The notes: generated by a model not told the origin, from the letters alone. A DNA stretch of 64,000 nucleotides from Candidatus Freyarchaeum deiterrae (GCA_037305845.1 CP147778.1:1600001-1664000), one strand, 5' to 3'. Shown: positions 42,100-51,970, counted from the stretch's first letter. A program made the numbers and translations.

Positions 42100-43161
42100 A
42101 TGGAAGAAAAGTCTGGTGTTGTTGGTAAGCTTTATCCTGGTGTGGCTGAGGCTAGAAATGCTTATTATGAGCGTGTTGGATGGAAGTGGAATCCTTTTGC
42201 TAAGGTTCGCTTGAGCGACCCTGAACTCTTTGTTGCTTCTACCGATGTGATTTTAGAGATTGATGATTATATTAAGGCGAAGGAAAGGCATCTCCTAATT
42301 ACGAGTGAAGAACCTGGTATGGGTAAGACTATGCTTTTGGAGCTGATTTTTAATGATCTTATTCTGTTGTCTAAGCAGGAGAATAAAGAGTATTTGTTTA
42401 ATCCCATAGTGGTGAATCAGAGTAAATTGTTTGTGCGTCAGATGGGAGAGGTGATAGCGAAGAAGTTGGATATAAAATACACGAGTAAAATGAGTTCTGA
42501 GGATATTTACACGTTGATTAAGAAGGATATTATGACGCGTTTTCTTTTGACGAATTGGATGACTCTGATTTTTATTGATGATTTTGGTGATAATGATTCC
42601 GAGGTTTTTATTAAGCTTAAGGAGTTGGGTGATCTAACCCAGAAAGACGCTAATAATTATCTTTTTAACCAAGAATCTGATTTTAAGAAGTATGCTAGTT
42701 CTGCGAATTATCAATTATCTAAGGACAAATTGAATGAGCTGAAAAAAAACGCTTTGGATCCTGAAAGTAGGGATCAAATGATTTGTATGCTGATACTTAC
42801 TGGAACTAAATCTCATGCGTTGGGGCTAAAGACCGGGGTTCCTCATCTTTATGATCGTTGCTGGGAAATTGAACTCGACAGACTGGATAGAAAAAAGGTT
42901 CGGGAGCTTATTGGAAGAAGATTGTATTGGGCAGGTGGAAAACTGGCGAGTTTTAAAGAGGACAACTTTGAAACTTATCCCTTTGATGAGGACGCCATTT
43001 CTGTTTTGACGGAAAAGGCTCACGGCGTAGGGCGGGACCTACGTCTGCTTTGTAATCAGGCAGTGTTTGTTGCAGCTTCAAACTTGAAGGACGGGCGAAG
43101 CGAAAGGATTACCAAAGAGATAATCGAATCTTTGCCACCGGTAGAAAAATTAGTAGATTAA
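42100..43161 (+). CDS. AAA+ ATPase (ExeA/Cdc6-like architecture)
   Basis: GAGGTGA RBS, N-terminal W.WNPF, Walker A EEPGMGKT, Walker B IFIDD, and YPF...G.GRDL..LC lid. Confidence 0.85.
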   Translation: MEEKSGVVGKLYPGVAEARNAYYERVGWKWNPFAKVRLSDPELFVASTDVILEIDDYIKAKERHLLITSEEPGMGKTMLLELIFNDLILLSKQENKEYLFNPIVVNQSKLFVRQMGEVIAKKLDIKYTSKMSSEDIYTLIKKDIMTRFLLTNWMTLIFIDDFGDNDSEVFIKLKELGDLTQKDANNYLFNQESDFKKYASSANYQLSKDKLNELKKNALDPESRDQMICMLILTGTKSHALGLKTGVPHLYDRCWEIELDRLDRKKVRELIGRRLYWAGGKLASFKEDNFETYPFDEDAISVLTEKAHGVGRDLRLLCNQAVFVAASNLKDGRSERITKEIIESLPPVEKLVD

Positions 43162-43259
43162 CTATAGTGATATCTAAAAGAGATATTTAATGAAACAATA
43201 ATGACCGATATCTTAATATTGACATCCTGATAATGATATCTTAATAATGATATCAAAAA

Positions 43260-43727
43260 ATGGTTTCAGGAGTAGATATCTTGCCTAGGCTTACTAAAAT
43301 CGCCGAGAAGGCGCGTGAACAAGAAGCTTTAAAGCAAGCGTCTGAGGATGCTTCTAAATCTCTTAGTACTGAAAACGTTGAAATTGCAAATTTAAAAACT
43401 TCAGATGCCATTGGTCGATTAACTGCGAGCGGTGGATTAGCTGGATTAGAGCACAGCCCCGAAGGCGTTAAGATTGTTGAGAAGATTGTTTATCGTTATG
43501 TAAGAAAGGATCCTGACACTCGGCTCGATACTAATTTTAATGTTAGAATGCCCAGTAACTACTTGGATTTTTTAAAAGGTAGATTTGGAGAAAGAGGCGC
43601 AACTGTTTTTTGTAGGATAGCAATTCTTGAGAAAATGGAGAAGGCTTTTTCAAAACCAGAGCTTGATCCTCTTAAGCTTTTTGAGTTATTGGATGAGCAA
43701 AAACAGAATCTCTCTCGAAAATCGTAA
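43260..43727 (+). CDS. Hypothetical protein with probable C-terminal ribbon-helix-helix domain
   Basis: TNFNVRMP-SNYLDFLK-GRFGERG-ATVFCRIAILEKM fits the beta-alpha-alpha pattern. Flexible N-terminus. Confidence 0.7.
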   Translation: MVSGVDILPRLTKIAEKAREQEALKQASEDASKSLSTENVEIANLKTSDAIGRLTASGGLAGLEHSPEGVKIVEKIVYRYVRKDPDTRLDTNFNVRMPSNYLDFLKGRFGERGATVFCRIAILEKMEKAFSKPELDPLKLFELLDEQKQNLSRKS

Positions 43728-43962
43728 ACATTTTTTTATTTTCCCTAATTTTTGATATCATTTTTTGGTATCTTTTTGTGCTATCTTATTTATTTTTGCA
43801 TTTATATAATTTGACAATTTGCTTTTTAGTATATTATATTTGCAGTATACTTTTCTGGAAATAGGAAATGAGAAAGCAATGGACGCTAGTCCTCGCTATA
43901 AAAGATTTGGTAGGTTACGAAAGAGATTGTATTGAAGAAAAAACTGAGGGATGTGATGCGTG

Positions 43963-44511
43963 TTACTCTTTTCGTCCGGTTAGGAAGAAGGGGTTTGCGT
44001 ATTTTTGGATCATGTCTAGTAGGTTTTTTTCTAGTATTTTGAGTGCCGCTTTTTTCTCTTTGGTTTGTTCCTTTTCGTGACTTAGTTCCATCTGCTCCAT
44101 GTAGTTGCTTATAATGTTGGACATGTCGAGATATGGATGTAAGCTTGGGCTATCCAGAATACCGACGTAGCCCAATAGCACGAGAGAGTATATTGCTTCT
44201 ATTAGGTTGGTACAGGCCTGTCCTAGAACTCTTCTAAAGGCGCCACGTGTAACCCCTTTTGTTTTTAATGGTGCGCGAAATTTACGCTTCTGGCTAGGCG
44301 CTCTTAAGAATCCTTTAATTTTATACTTTACAGGTTTGCCGGCGCCTTCATCCAGTAGGAAATTAATCATGAGGGTCTCAAATTGGACTGGCGTAATATT
44401 AGATGAACTGAGTAGTTTACTAACGATAGGATCTGCTAATATATTCTCAACATATTCCCGAACTTTCTCAATATCTCGCTTTTCTGAATCACTGTCATTT
44501 TTAGATAGCAT
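43963..44511 (-). CDS. Conserved-looking archaeal hypothetical protein (possible HTH)
   Basis: SNIT..QFETL...VTRGAF.R.L.QA..N...AIY..VLLGYVG. Flanked on both sides by GATATC clusters. Confidence 0.75.
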   Translation of the reverse strand: MLSKNDSDSEKRDIEKVREYVENILADPIVSKLLSSSNITPVQFETLMINFLLDEGAGKPVKYKIKGFLRAPSQKRKFRAPLKTKGVTRGAFRRVLGQACTNLIEAIYSLVLLGYVGILDSPSLHPYLDMSNIISNYMEQMELSHEKEQTKEKKAALKILEKNLLDMIQKYANPFFLTGRKE

Positions 44512-44581
44512 CTTATGCTCCCTTCTTTAAATTTTTATTATAGTAATGATGTCACTAATTGATATCATTTCACGAAATCTT

Positions 44582-46897
44582 TTAGTTTTGAGCTGCGACT
44601 ATTGCTTGCCCGATGCTAACGCCTGCGTCTCCTGGAGGAGTTTTTTGGTGCTGAATGAATTTTAGGTTATTTTCTTTTACTAGTTTGCTTATTATCTTGT
44701 TTATGGCTTCGTTGTATGCTACACCGCCCGTAAATCCTATAGTTTTTATTCCTGTTTTCTCCGCTGCTATTATTGCCATTTGTGCTAGCCCTTCTGCGAA
44801 TGCTCTTTGGCCTGAAGCTGCTAGGTCTTGGATTTTGTGCTGATTTATTTTTTCTAGAATGTCATTTAATAGTTTTGTAGTGTCGAATATATGCACGCCA
44901 TTTTGTTTGATTATTTCTGGGGTGATTCTTATGGAATCGTTGCCTTTCGCAGCCATTGATTCCAGTCTTATGGATGGTTCTCCTTCGTATGTTTTTTCTA
45001 GACAAATTTTTAGTAGTGCCGAGATTGCGTCTAGAACTCTCCCTGAGCTAGTAGTTGTGATGTAATCTTTTTTTCTTAAAATATTAAGAACTGCTTCCAT
45101 CTCCTGTTTGCCGTATTTAAATCCATCTAGATAGTTCTTAACTAGCATTTCTCTGAGTTCGTCTTCTGGTATTGCATCGCTGAGTATTGCGGTTAACATG
45201 CGTGTGGGGTATTTAGTACTAACATCCCCCCCTGGCATAGGTTGCGATTTTAGGTGTGCTAGTCTTTCTATGGAATTGTATGAGGTAAGCAGAATTTCGC
45301 CACCCCATATTGTTCCATCTAGTCCGTATCCTACTCCGTCGCTGGCTATGCATATTATTGGCTCCTCGATGTTGTTTTCAGCCATTAGTTTTGCTGCGTG
45401 GGCATGATGGTGTTGAACTCTTACCAATTGAATATTGTGAGAATCCGCGAATTCTTCCGCGTATCTTGTGGTGTAAAAATCAGGATGCAAATCACAAGCA
45501 ATCAAGTCGGGTTCTACGAGAGTTAATTTCAACATTTGATTGACTACACTTTTGTGGAATTCTATGGTTTCTAGGTCTCCTGATAAGTTTCCTATATGTT
45601 GGCTTGGAAAGCATCTGTTCCTTTTCATTACAGTTATAGTTGCAGTTAGTTCAGGGCCTACTGCTAAAATGCCTTGTCCTTTATACTCTATGATTGTGTC
45701 TATTGGTTCTGGTACATAACCTCGGGATCTGCGGATAATTTTTGGATTGCCGTCAATTATTCTTATAACGGAGTCGTCACACCTCTGATAGATTTCTCTG
45801 TTATGCAGTAAGAAGAAATCAGCGAGATGCGCTAATTGTGAAATTATCTCATTATTTGACGTCGCCATAGGGTTGTCTGTCAAGTTGCCACTTGTCATCA
45901 CAATAGCTGGATCATTAATTTGTTGAAGAATTAGGTTGTGAAGTCCAGAGTATGGAAGCATTACGCCGACATTGTGAAGCCCGGGGCTTATCTCCTCGGA
46001 TAGGTTGTAGTTTTCAGATTTTTTGAGTAAAACTATTGGGCGTCTAAACGAAGTAATCATATCTTCTTCATATTCATTTACAAAGGCATATTCTCGGACT
46101 TTATCAAGGTTTAGAGACATTATTGCGAAAGGTTTGTATTTTCTCTTTCCTTTTCGTCTGCGTAATTCTAGTATGCATTCGTCGTTGGTTGTTAGGGTAG
46201 CTAGATGGGTGCCACCGATTCCTTTTATCGCTAGAATCCTTCCCTCCTCAATTAAATTTGCAGTTTCTTTTATAGGATTCTCACAATTTACAGTATTACC
46301 GTTTTTGTCATAAAGAGTTAATTTCGGCCCACATATCGGGCAGCAAATACCTTGAGCATGATATCTTCTGTCTAGGGGGTTCTTATATTCCTGATTACAG
46401 TACGTGCATAAAGGGAACTTGCTCATGGTGGTTCTCATTCTATCATATGGTAACTCAATAATTGAAGTGAACCTAGGACCGCAGTCCACGCAACATGTAA
46501 AAGCATAGTTATAATGGCGGTCCGCCGGATTAAGGATGTCATTTAGGCAATTGCCACAGATTGAAATGTCGGGAGGAATATATGAACTTTTTAGAGTGCC
46601 TTCCTTTGAGCTTTTTCTGATATTGAAAGTTTTAAAGCGCCCTTGGTACCGTTTCCAATTTACATCTATTTTTTCATATCTAGCCATGGGCGGTTTTTCT
46701 TTTTCCAAATCTTGAATAAAGTTCTCTATCGCACTTCTCTCCCCTTCAACTACGATGCGAACCCCTGCGTCGCCAAGGTTAAGAACATATCCAGTAAGCC
46801 CCCACTTAACCGCAATTCTATAAACAAAAGGCCTCATCCCAACTCCTTGTACAATACCACTGCAGTTAATTTCACAAGAAGCTTTCAAGAAAATCAA
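44582..46897 (-). CDS. hypF: [NiFe]-hydrogenase maturation carbamoyltransferase
   Basis: GIVQGVGMRP, zinc fingers CxxC/CGPRF, QHHHAH, DGVGYG and GDAGVSIGQ. Confidence 0.96.
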   Translation of the reverse strand: MIFLKASCEINCSGIVQGVGMRPFVYRIAVKWGLTGYVLNLGDAGVRIVVEGERSAIENFIQDLEKEKPPMARYEKIDVNWKRYQGRFKTFNIRKSSKEGTLKSSYIPPDISICGNCLNDILNPADRHYNYAFTCCVDCGPRFTSIIELPYDRMRTTMSKFPLCTYCNQEYKNPLDRRYHAQGICCPICGPKLTLYDKNGNTVNCENPIKETANLIEEGRILAIKGIGGTHLATLTTNDECILELRRRKGKRKYKPFAIMSLNLDKVREYAFVNEYEEDMITSFRRPIVLLKKSENYNLSEEISPGLHNVGVMLPYSGLHNLILQQINDPAIVMTSGNLTDNPMATSNNEIISQLAHLADFFLLHNREIYQRCDDSVIRIIDGNPKIIRRSRGYVPEPIDTIIEYKGQGILAVGPELTATITVMKRNRCFPSQHIGNLSGDLETIEFHKSVVNQMLKLTLVEPDLIACDLHPDFYTTRYAEEFADSHNIQLVRVQHHHAHAAKLMAENNIEEPIICIASDGVGYGLDGTIWGGEILLTSYNSIERLAHLKSQPMPGGDVSTKYPTRMLTAILSDAIPEDELREMLVKNYLDGFKYGKQEMEAVLNILRKKDYITTTSSGRVLDAISALLKICLEKTYEGEPSIRLESMAAKGNDSIRITPEIIKQNGVHIFDTTKLLNDILEKINQHKIQDLAASGQRAFAEGLAQMAIIAAEKTGIKTIGFTGGVAYNEAINKIISKLVKENNLKFIQHQKTPPGDAGVSIGQAIVAAQN

Positions 46898-47160
46898 CCG
46901 TTTAATTTAATTTCAATTTAATCTTAATTTTTATTAATTCTCCAATTTTAGAGCATTACTAGAATTATATAATTTTTCTCGGTTGCTAGACCGCTAAATC
47001 TTTTATTATCTTTTTGAGCTTCCCTTTCTAGAGAATTATAGAGAGGTCTTTATCATGCCTAACGAACGACAAAGGTGAAATTAATATTCTCATGAGTAAT
47101 ATTCTTAAGGGTAATATTCCAAATATGTTTAGAGTTATCTTTTATTAGGGTGGGTTTAAT

Positions 47161-47715
47161 TTGTTTCGACTTCCAACTCCAGAAGATGTTAAAAAACTTA
47201 GGAAAAAGGTGGGTCTAACACAAACTGAATTGGCAGAAAAGGCAAGTGTAAGTCAATCTCTTATAGCTAGAATAGAAAGCGGCTCAGTGGATCCCCGCTT
47301 ATCTACACTACAAAAAATTTTGAATGCCATGCAAATAGCGGATGAGGGATCCTTAACTGCAAAAGACATTATGTTTTCTCCAGTCGTAACAATAGATTCA
47401 GATGCACAGATTCTTGAAGCCACCGAATTAATGAGAAATAAAGACATTTCCCAGCTTCCTGTTGTTAAACAGGGGCGGCCAGTAGGAAGTGTAAATGACC
47501 AGATCATAGTTCAGCATCTGTCCAACGGGCAACAAATTTTCCAGAAGAAGGTAGAGGAAATAATGGAAGAAGCTTTTCCCAGTGTAAGCCCATCAACTAA
47601 GGTAGAAATTATACACCAATTACTCGCAAGAGGCCACCCAGCTGTATTAGTGACAGACAAGGGCGCAATTGTAGGAATTGTTACAAAAATAGATTTAATA
47701 TCAGGCGCAAGATAA
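47161..47715 (+). CDS. XRE-HTH + CBS-pair transcriptional regulator
   Basis: TQTELAEKASVSQSLIARIE.G.VDPRLST followed by two CBS domains. Confidence 0.92.
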   Translation: MFRLPTPEDVKKLRKKVGLTQTELAEKASVSQSLIARIESGSVDPRLSTLQKILNAMQIADEGSLTAKDIMFSPVVTIDSDAQILEATELMRNKDISQLPVVKQGRPVGSVNDQIIVQHLSNGQQIFQKKVEEIMEEAFPSVSPSTKVEIIHQLLARGHPAVLVTDKGAIVGIVTKIDLISGAR

Positions 47716-47847
47716 AACCCAATTCAGATACCAAAATCAAAAATTTATACGATATTTTGTTCCTTAAAAAAAGAAAAAACAACAAATTAATATATGGGTT
47801 AATTCTTAAACCAAGTCTTGAAAAAATTATAAAATCAAAATATTTTT

Positions 47848-48026
47848 GCAGGGTTAGCCAAGATTCCACATAGTTTTGTGTGGAATGGGAACGGTACGGC
47901 GGTAGAAACAGCCTCTATTATGAGATGTTGCAGAAGCTCGAGATCACCTATGGCCAATAAAGTGGGTCAGAACGTGAAACTTACTGGCGGGTTTCCGCCG
48001 CGTGAGTTCAAATCTCACACCCTGCG
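47848..48026 (+). tRNA. tRNA-Ser(CGA) with three BHB introns (47863-47891 at 15/16; 47906-47935 at 30/31; 47943-47978 at 37/38)
   Basis: Acceptor stem GCAGGGT/ACCCTGC. Spliced anticodon arm GTAGG-CTCGAGA-CTTAC. Variable stem GGCGG/CCGCC, G73. Confidence 0.9.
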
Positions 48027-48220
48027 CTTACAAACAATATCAAATATGGGTAGGTATTCTTTTTGGAGACTATTTTACTTCGGTGTTTGTAATCTTTTTT
48101 CGATATCAAAAAAAGATATCTGAATGCGGTGTGTTTTCCTCTCATCCTGCGTTTTTGCTTTTCAAAGTAGGCTTGTAATTATTTTTTGGCGCCTTTTAGA
48201 CATTTATTCCCAAAGATATG

Positions 48221-48718
48221 TTACCCCAGTAGGTACCCCAGTTTTTTTACAAGGTCTCTTCTTTCTTGTCTTTGTTTTTCGTTTTCGATGGCGGTCACTT
48301 TTTGGCCGTCGACTGCACCAAGTATTGCTCTACCGAGCGAAGTTTCTGCTAAAATTATCTGAACCGGATTCGCTGATGCTACTGTGATGTTGCAAACTGT
48401 GGCTACGTTTTTTAAGGCTCCTAAAACATGTATTGGGTAAGCGTTCGTCATTAGAATAACGAATGCGTGGGATGCTCCGATTGCTAGTGCGTTTTTCGCT
48501 GCGAGTTTGGCTAATCTATCATCGTTTCCATTGAATCTTACCAATTTTGGGACTGCTTCATTCATCGCGACTCCAAATTTAATACCCGGAGCCGCTGCGA
48601 CAATTTCCCTGAAAAGATAGTCAACAGTATAAATAGAAAAATTAGCCATACCGCAAATAAACTGGTCATCTTTTTCTTTCTCGATATCCAACGTTATTAT
48701 TTTAATATCCTGAGCCAT
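48221..48718 (-). CDS. Adenosine-specific kinase / DUF355 family protein
   Basis: FGVAMNEA, AIGASHAFVI, NAYPI, ASANPVQII and GRAILGAVDG. Confidence 0.85.
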   Translation of the reverse strand: MAQDIKIITLDIEKEKDDQFICGMANFSIYTVDYLFREIVAAAPGIKFGVAMNEAVPKLVRFNGNDDRLAKLAAKNALAIGASHAFVILMTNAYPIHVLGALKNVATVCNITVASANPVQIILAETSLGRAILGAVDGQKVTAIENEKQRQERRDLVKKLGYLLG

Positions 48719-48899
48719 ATTATCACCAACACTTTTATCTCTTTAAGAATTTCAAATTCTAAACTCCTCTAATATAAACTGTCACAAAAAAACTTTATGT
48801 TTGTGATATTTGAGTTGTAAAAATAAAATTTTTATCGGTAACAGTAATTAACATTTTTTATCGATTTTGTGGTGTCTCTGGTAATGTTTATTAACTGAG

Positions 48900-50189
48900 T
48901 TAGTATGAAATTTTTGCACTGTAAGGTAGTCCTAGGACTTTTTCTGTTGCTTTTGCTACTGCTTCCCTATTATCCTTATCCGTGTATACTCTTATAATAT
49001 TTAGAAAGCCTTTCATAACTTCAACTATGTTAGAAACTTCTGATAGACTGCGTGGTACTTTTTCACCTTCTTGTGTTACTTGAAATATAGGGATTTCCAT
49101 TGGTTCTAGACTTATTGAATGATGGTACGGCACGGAGGGCAGTGTTGGTACATCTATGTAGACTTTTTCTCTTTCAACTCCTGCCTTTTCCGCAACTTCT
49201 CCTTCTATTTCGTGGCGTATTTTATCTTTGGTTATAATTGTTGAGAAAGCTTCATCCTTCGCAAAAGAGATTCTTTCGTACGCGACCTTTAGCAACTTTC
49301 TATTTTTCAAACAATTAATTATCTCTTTTGAAGCCTCACATTGTTCTAACATTGTCCACATAGTATAATCGTCTAACTTCAAGTAGTCGTATACCGATTC
49401 AAAGTTCATGAATTCTAATTGTTCATTTGCTTTCTCCATAGCTGTTTCTAGCATGATTTGAGCGGCACGAGAAGCTTTGTGGAAATAAATTGTTTTAAAA
49501 AGTTCTAAACGAGCAACAAAAAAAGTTTCTAGAGTAGATATGGAATTCAAATTTACTGCGAGGTTTTCGTCTAAAAGATCCATAGTGTAAATCAAACGAA
49601 AAATATCAATAGAACCAAAATCGCCACCAGTATGATAACTATCCCTCAGGCAGTAATCAAATTTATCCACATCTACCGCACTAGAAATAATTTGATCCAA
49701 AAACAATCTATTTTTTTCCTCCAGTTTTCCAACAGCTAGCCTAGCAATCTTCTCAGTATCTAAACCCAAAGTGCTTATTATATCATTTAATTCAGAGTTT
49801 CTAATCATCCAAGAGGTGAAATCCTCGTGGGTCTTTTCTAAATGCCTTAATAATAAAGCTTCAAAAATGTGCGAATAAGGCCCGTGACCGACATCATGCA
49901 ATAGACTTGCGATTTTTGCCATTGTTATTTCTAAGGGGTCGATCTCAACTTTTTGTGCGAGAGAATTTAATAATTGCTCTGCTAGGTACATGGTTCCTAA
50001 AGAGTGTTCGAATCTTGTATGCACTCCTGCTGGATAAACGTATTCGCTTCCTGCTAATTGTCTTATGCGCCGTAGTCTTTGGACGGGTTCGGCGTCAATT
50101 ATTTTTTTCTCGTCATATGAAATGTTTATGTAGCCAAAAATTGGGTCTTTAATGAATGACCATTTCCCCTTTTTTCTATTTTCTATCAT
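48900..50189 (-). CDS. HD-domain phosphohydrolase (SAMHD1/dNTPase-like)
   Basis: QRLRRIRQL, HTRFEHSLG, LLHDVGHGPYSH and DVDKFDYCLRD. Confidence 0.92.
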   Translation of the reverse strand: MIENRKKGKWSFIKDPIFGYINISYDEKKIIDAEPVQRLRRIRQLAGSEYVYPAGVHTRFEHSLGTMYLAEQLLNSLAQKVEIDPLEITMAKIASLLHDVGHGPYSHIFEALLLRHLEKTHEDFTSWMIRNSELNDIISTLGLDTEKIARLAVGKLEEKNRLFLDQIISSAVDVDKFDYCLRDSYHTGGDFGSIDIFRLIYTMDLLDENLAVNLNSISTLETFFVARLELFKTIYFHKASRAAQIMLETAMEKANEQLEFMNFESVYDYLKLDDYTMWTMLEQCEASKEIINCLKNRKLLKVAYERISFAKDEAFSTIITKDKIRHEIEGEVAEKAGVEREKVYIDVPTLPSVPYHHSISLEPMEIPIFQVTQEGEKVPRSLSEVSNIVEVMKGFLNIIRVYTDKDNREAVAKATEKVLGLPYSAKISY

Positions 50190-50600
50190 TCTAAATCCCC
50201 TATTCTGTATTACTTTATGCATAATGTTACTTTATAATTTTGATAGATGTATTCCGAATCTTCTCTAATAACTTTTCTATTATATCTCTGGATTTATAAG
50301 CCAAATGCTTTTTCTCACATTAATACTTGACTTTTTGGGTTGTTTCTTCGTGTTTTATACATATTTGAGGTATAGGTGTAAATTGTAGTTGGGCTGACTT
50401 CCATAATTTTCGGAATTTTATTTTTTTATTCTCAGTAATCGCGTATTAGAAACCAGTCTACCCTTTCATCCGCTAAGATTGGAAAAAATAAAACCCCCAC
50501 GAAAATATGGAAAATACCATAATTAAAATAAGAAATGAGAAGCCATAAAATGCTTCATGAAAAATTAGGCTAATAACCTCTCAACTAATATTTTTGAGAT

Positions 50601-50909
50601 TTATAAAAGTTCGACTTCAATATAAACATCTTCGGGTACACGGATACGCATAATCTGCCTTAATGTTCTTTCATCAGCGTCAAGATCAATCAATCTCTTG
50701 TGAATCCTTATTTCCCACCTTTCCCAAGTGGCATTACCCTCACCACTGGGGCTTTTACGGACAGGGACTCTTAGCCTCTTAGTGGGAAGAGGAACTGGAC
50801 CGGACATTCGAATTCCGGTTTTCTGAGTAATATTCTTAACCTGATTGCAAACCGTGTCCAACTTTGAAGGATTAGTACCGGAGAGTCTGATTCTAGCCTT
50901 TTGTACCAT
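50601..50909 (-). CDS. rps10: 30S ribosomal protein uS10
   Basis: [10 protein letters not shown]...[23 protein letters not shown]. Confidence 0.97.
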   Translation of the reverse strand: MVQKARIRLSGTNPSKLDTVCNQVKNITQKTGIRMSGPVPLPTKRLRVPVRKSPSGEGNATWERWEIRIHKRLIDLDADERTLRQIMRIRVPEDVYIEVELL

Positions 50910-51331
50910 TGTTTATTCGTCCAGAATATTTTTTCCACATGTAATTGCAAAGCCTTCATAAAATTTGAAGCTTAAAAAACTTTTCCCCAAATTCAATTTT
51001 CGGCAAAGTACTTCAGCAGGGGGGACTTTCAATAAGTAATTCTTTTTTTAAAAGATAAGAATTCTCTACAAATGTGTCTGGTTTCGAGCTTTTTTTGAGC
51101 GAATTATTCTTAAATTTTTAAGGTTCATTTATTGGATTGGGGTAATAACCCAAAATTAAGAGAATTTTCTTCTAAAAATGCTGGATTTTTTAAAGGGGAC
51201 GACGCGTTGTTAAACGTTCTGTGGCGTTTATAGAAGGAACTAATAGTAAAGTATGCTAAATGAGTAGAATAATCTTTTAGAAAAAGAAAAGTTTAAGAGG
51301 GATTAATACACATTTTTGTTCGCAAAGGGTT

Positions 51332-51462
51332 GCCGAGGTAGCTCAGTTGGTAGAGCGTCAGGCTGTTAACTTGATGGTCAAGAGGTCTGTTTAAGATCTC
51401 TCCACAAGCAGGTCCGAGATGATATTGAAGCGTTTCATATCACGGATATCCTGTCCTCGGCG
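51332..51462 (+). tRNA. tRNA-Asn(GTT) with two BHB introns (51380-51407 at 48/49; 51419-51448 at 59/60)
   Basis: Acceptor stem GCCGAGG/CCTCGGC, anticodon arm TCAGG-CTGTTAA-CTTGA. Spliced T-arm GCAGG-TCCGAGT-CCTGT. Confidence 0.9.
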
Positions 51463-51666
51463 CCTTTATTTAGTTAGTTTATGGCATATAAGACTTCATA
51501 GTTTGGTTGTTTTTAGGTTCGCTTCATATTTTTATAAAAAAGTATATAATAAAATCCGTATAGTTATAATATTCCACTCGAATAGGTGTTGCAAAACTTT
51601 TAATAAGTAATAAGAAAACTTGTTTGATATCCTTATAATAACATTTGCAAAATGGAGAGATGCTTT

Positions 51667-51957
51667 ATGAAGAAATCAAGGGGTTATCGTTCTGGAACTC
51701 GGAATGTATTAAAGAAGTCTGTTAGGGAACGTGGGCTTCCACCTCTAAGTAGGCTTTTACGAACATATGAGCCAGGGGAGAAGGTTAGCATTGTTATCGA
51801 CCCTAGTATTCACAAGGGCCAACCGCATAGAAGATTTCATGGAAGGGTTGGAACCGTATTAGAGAGACGTGGACGAGCTTATGTAATTTCTGTTTATCTT
51901 GGAAATAGTAAGAAGACTCTCATTTCTAGACCTGAACATATGAGGCCTATTAAATAG
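51667..51957 (+). CDS. rpl21e: 50S ribosomal protein eL21
   Basis: S.GYRSGTR, IDPSIHKGQPHRRFHG and RPEH. Confidence 0.96.
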   Translation: MKKSRGYRSGTRNVLKKSVRERGLPPLSRLLRTYEPGEKVSIVIDPSIHKGQPHRRFHGRVGTVLERRGRAYVISVYLGNSKKTLISRPEHMRPIK

Positions 51958-51970
51958 GAGGTAGGTCCTT

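Larger units (their letters stand above)
36680..48120. repeat. Ten dispersed intergenic clusters of ~13-bp-phased GATATC-like hexamers
   Basis: Clusters begin at 36680, 38214, 39301, 40312, 41044, 41885, 43169, 43754, 44548 and 48089, with 3-7 units each. Confidence 0.88.

Noticed and set aside
36680-48120. GATATC arrays as CRISPR or restriction-site artefact
   Set aside because: Units are 6 bp with ~7-bp spacers, far too short for CRISPR, and there are no cas genes. Degenerate copies keep the phase, unlike cloning scars.
47878-48123. ORFs overlapping tRNA genes (also 18212-18400 and 51419-51610)
   Set aside because: Shadow frames across intron-containing tRNAs.
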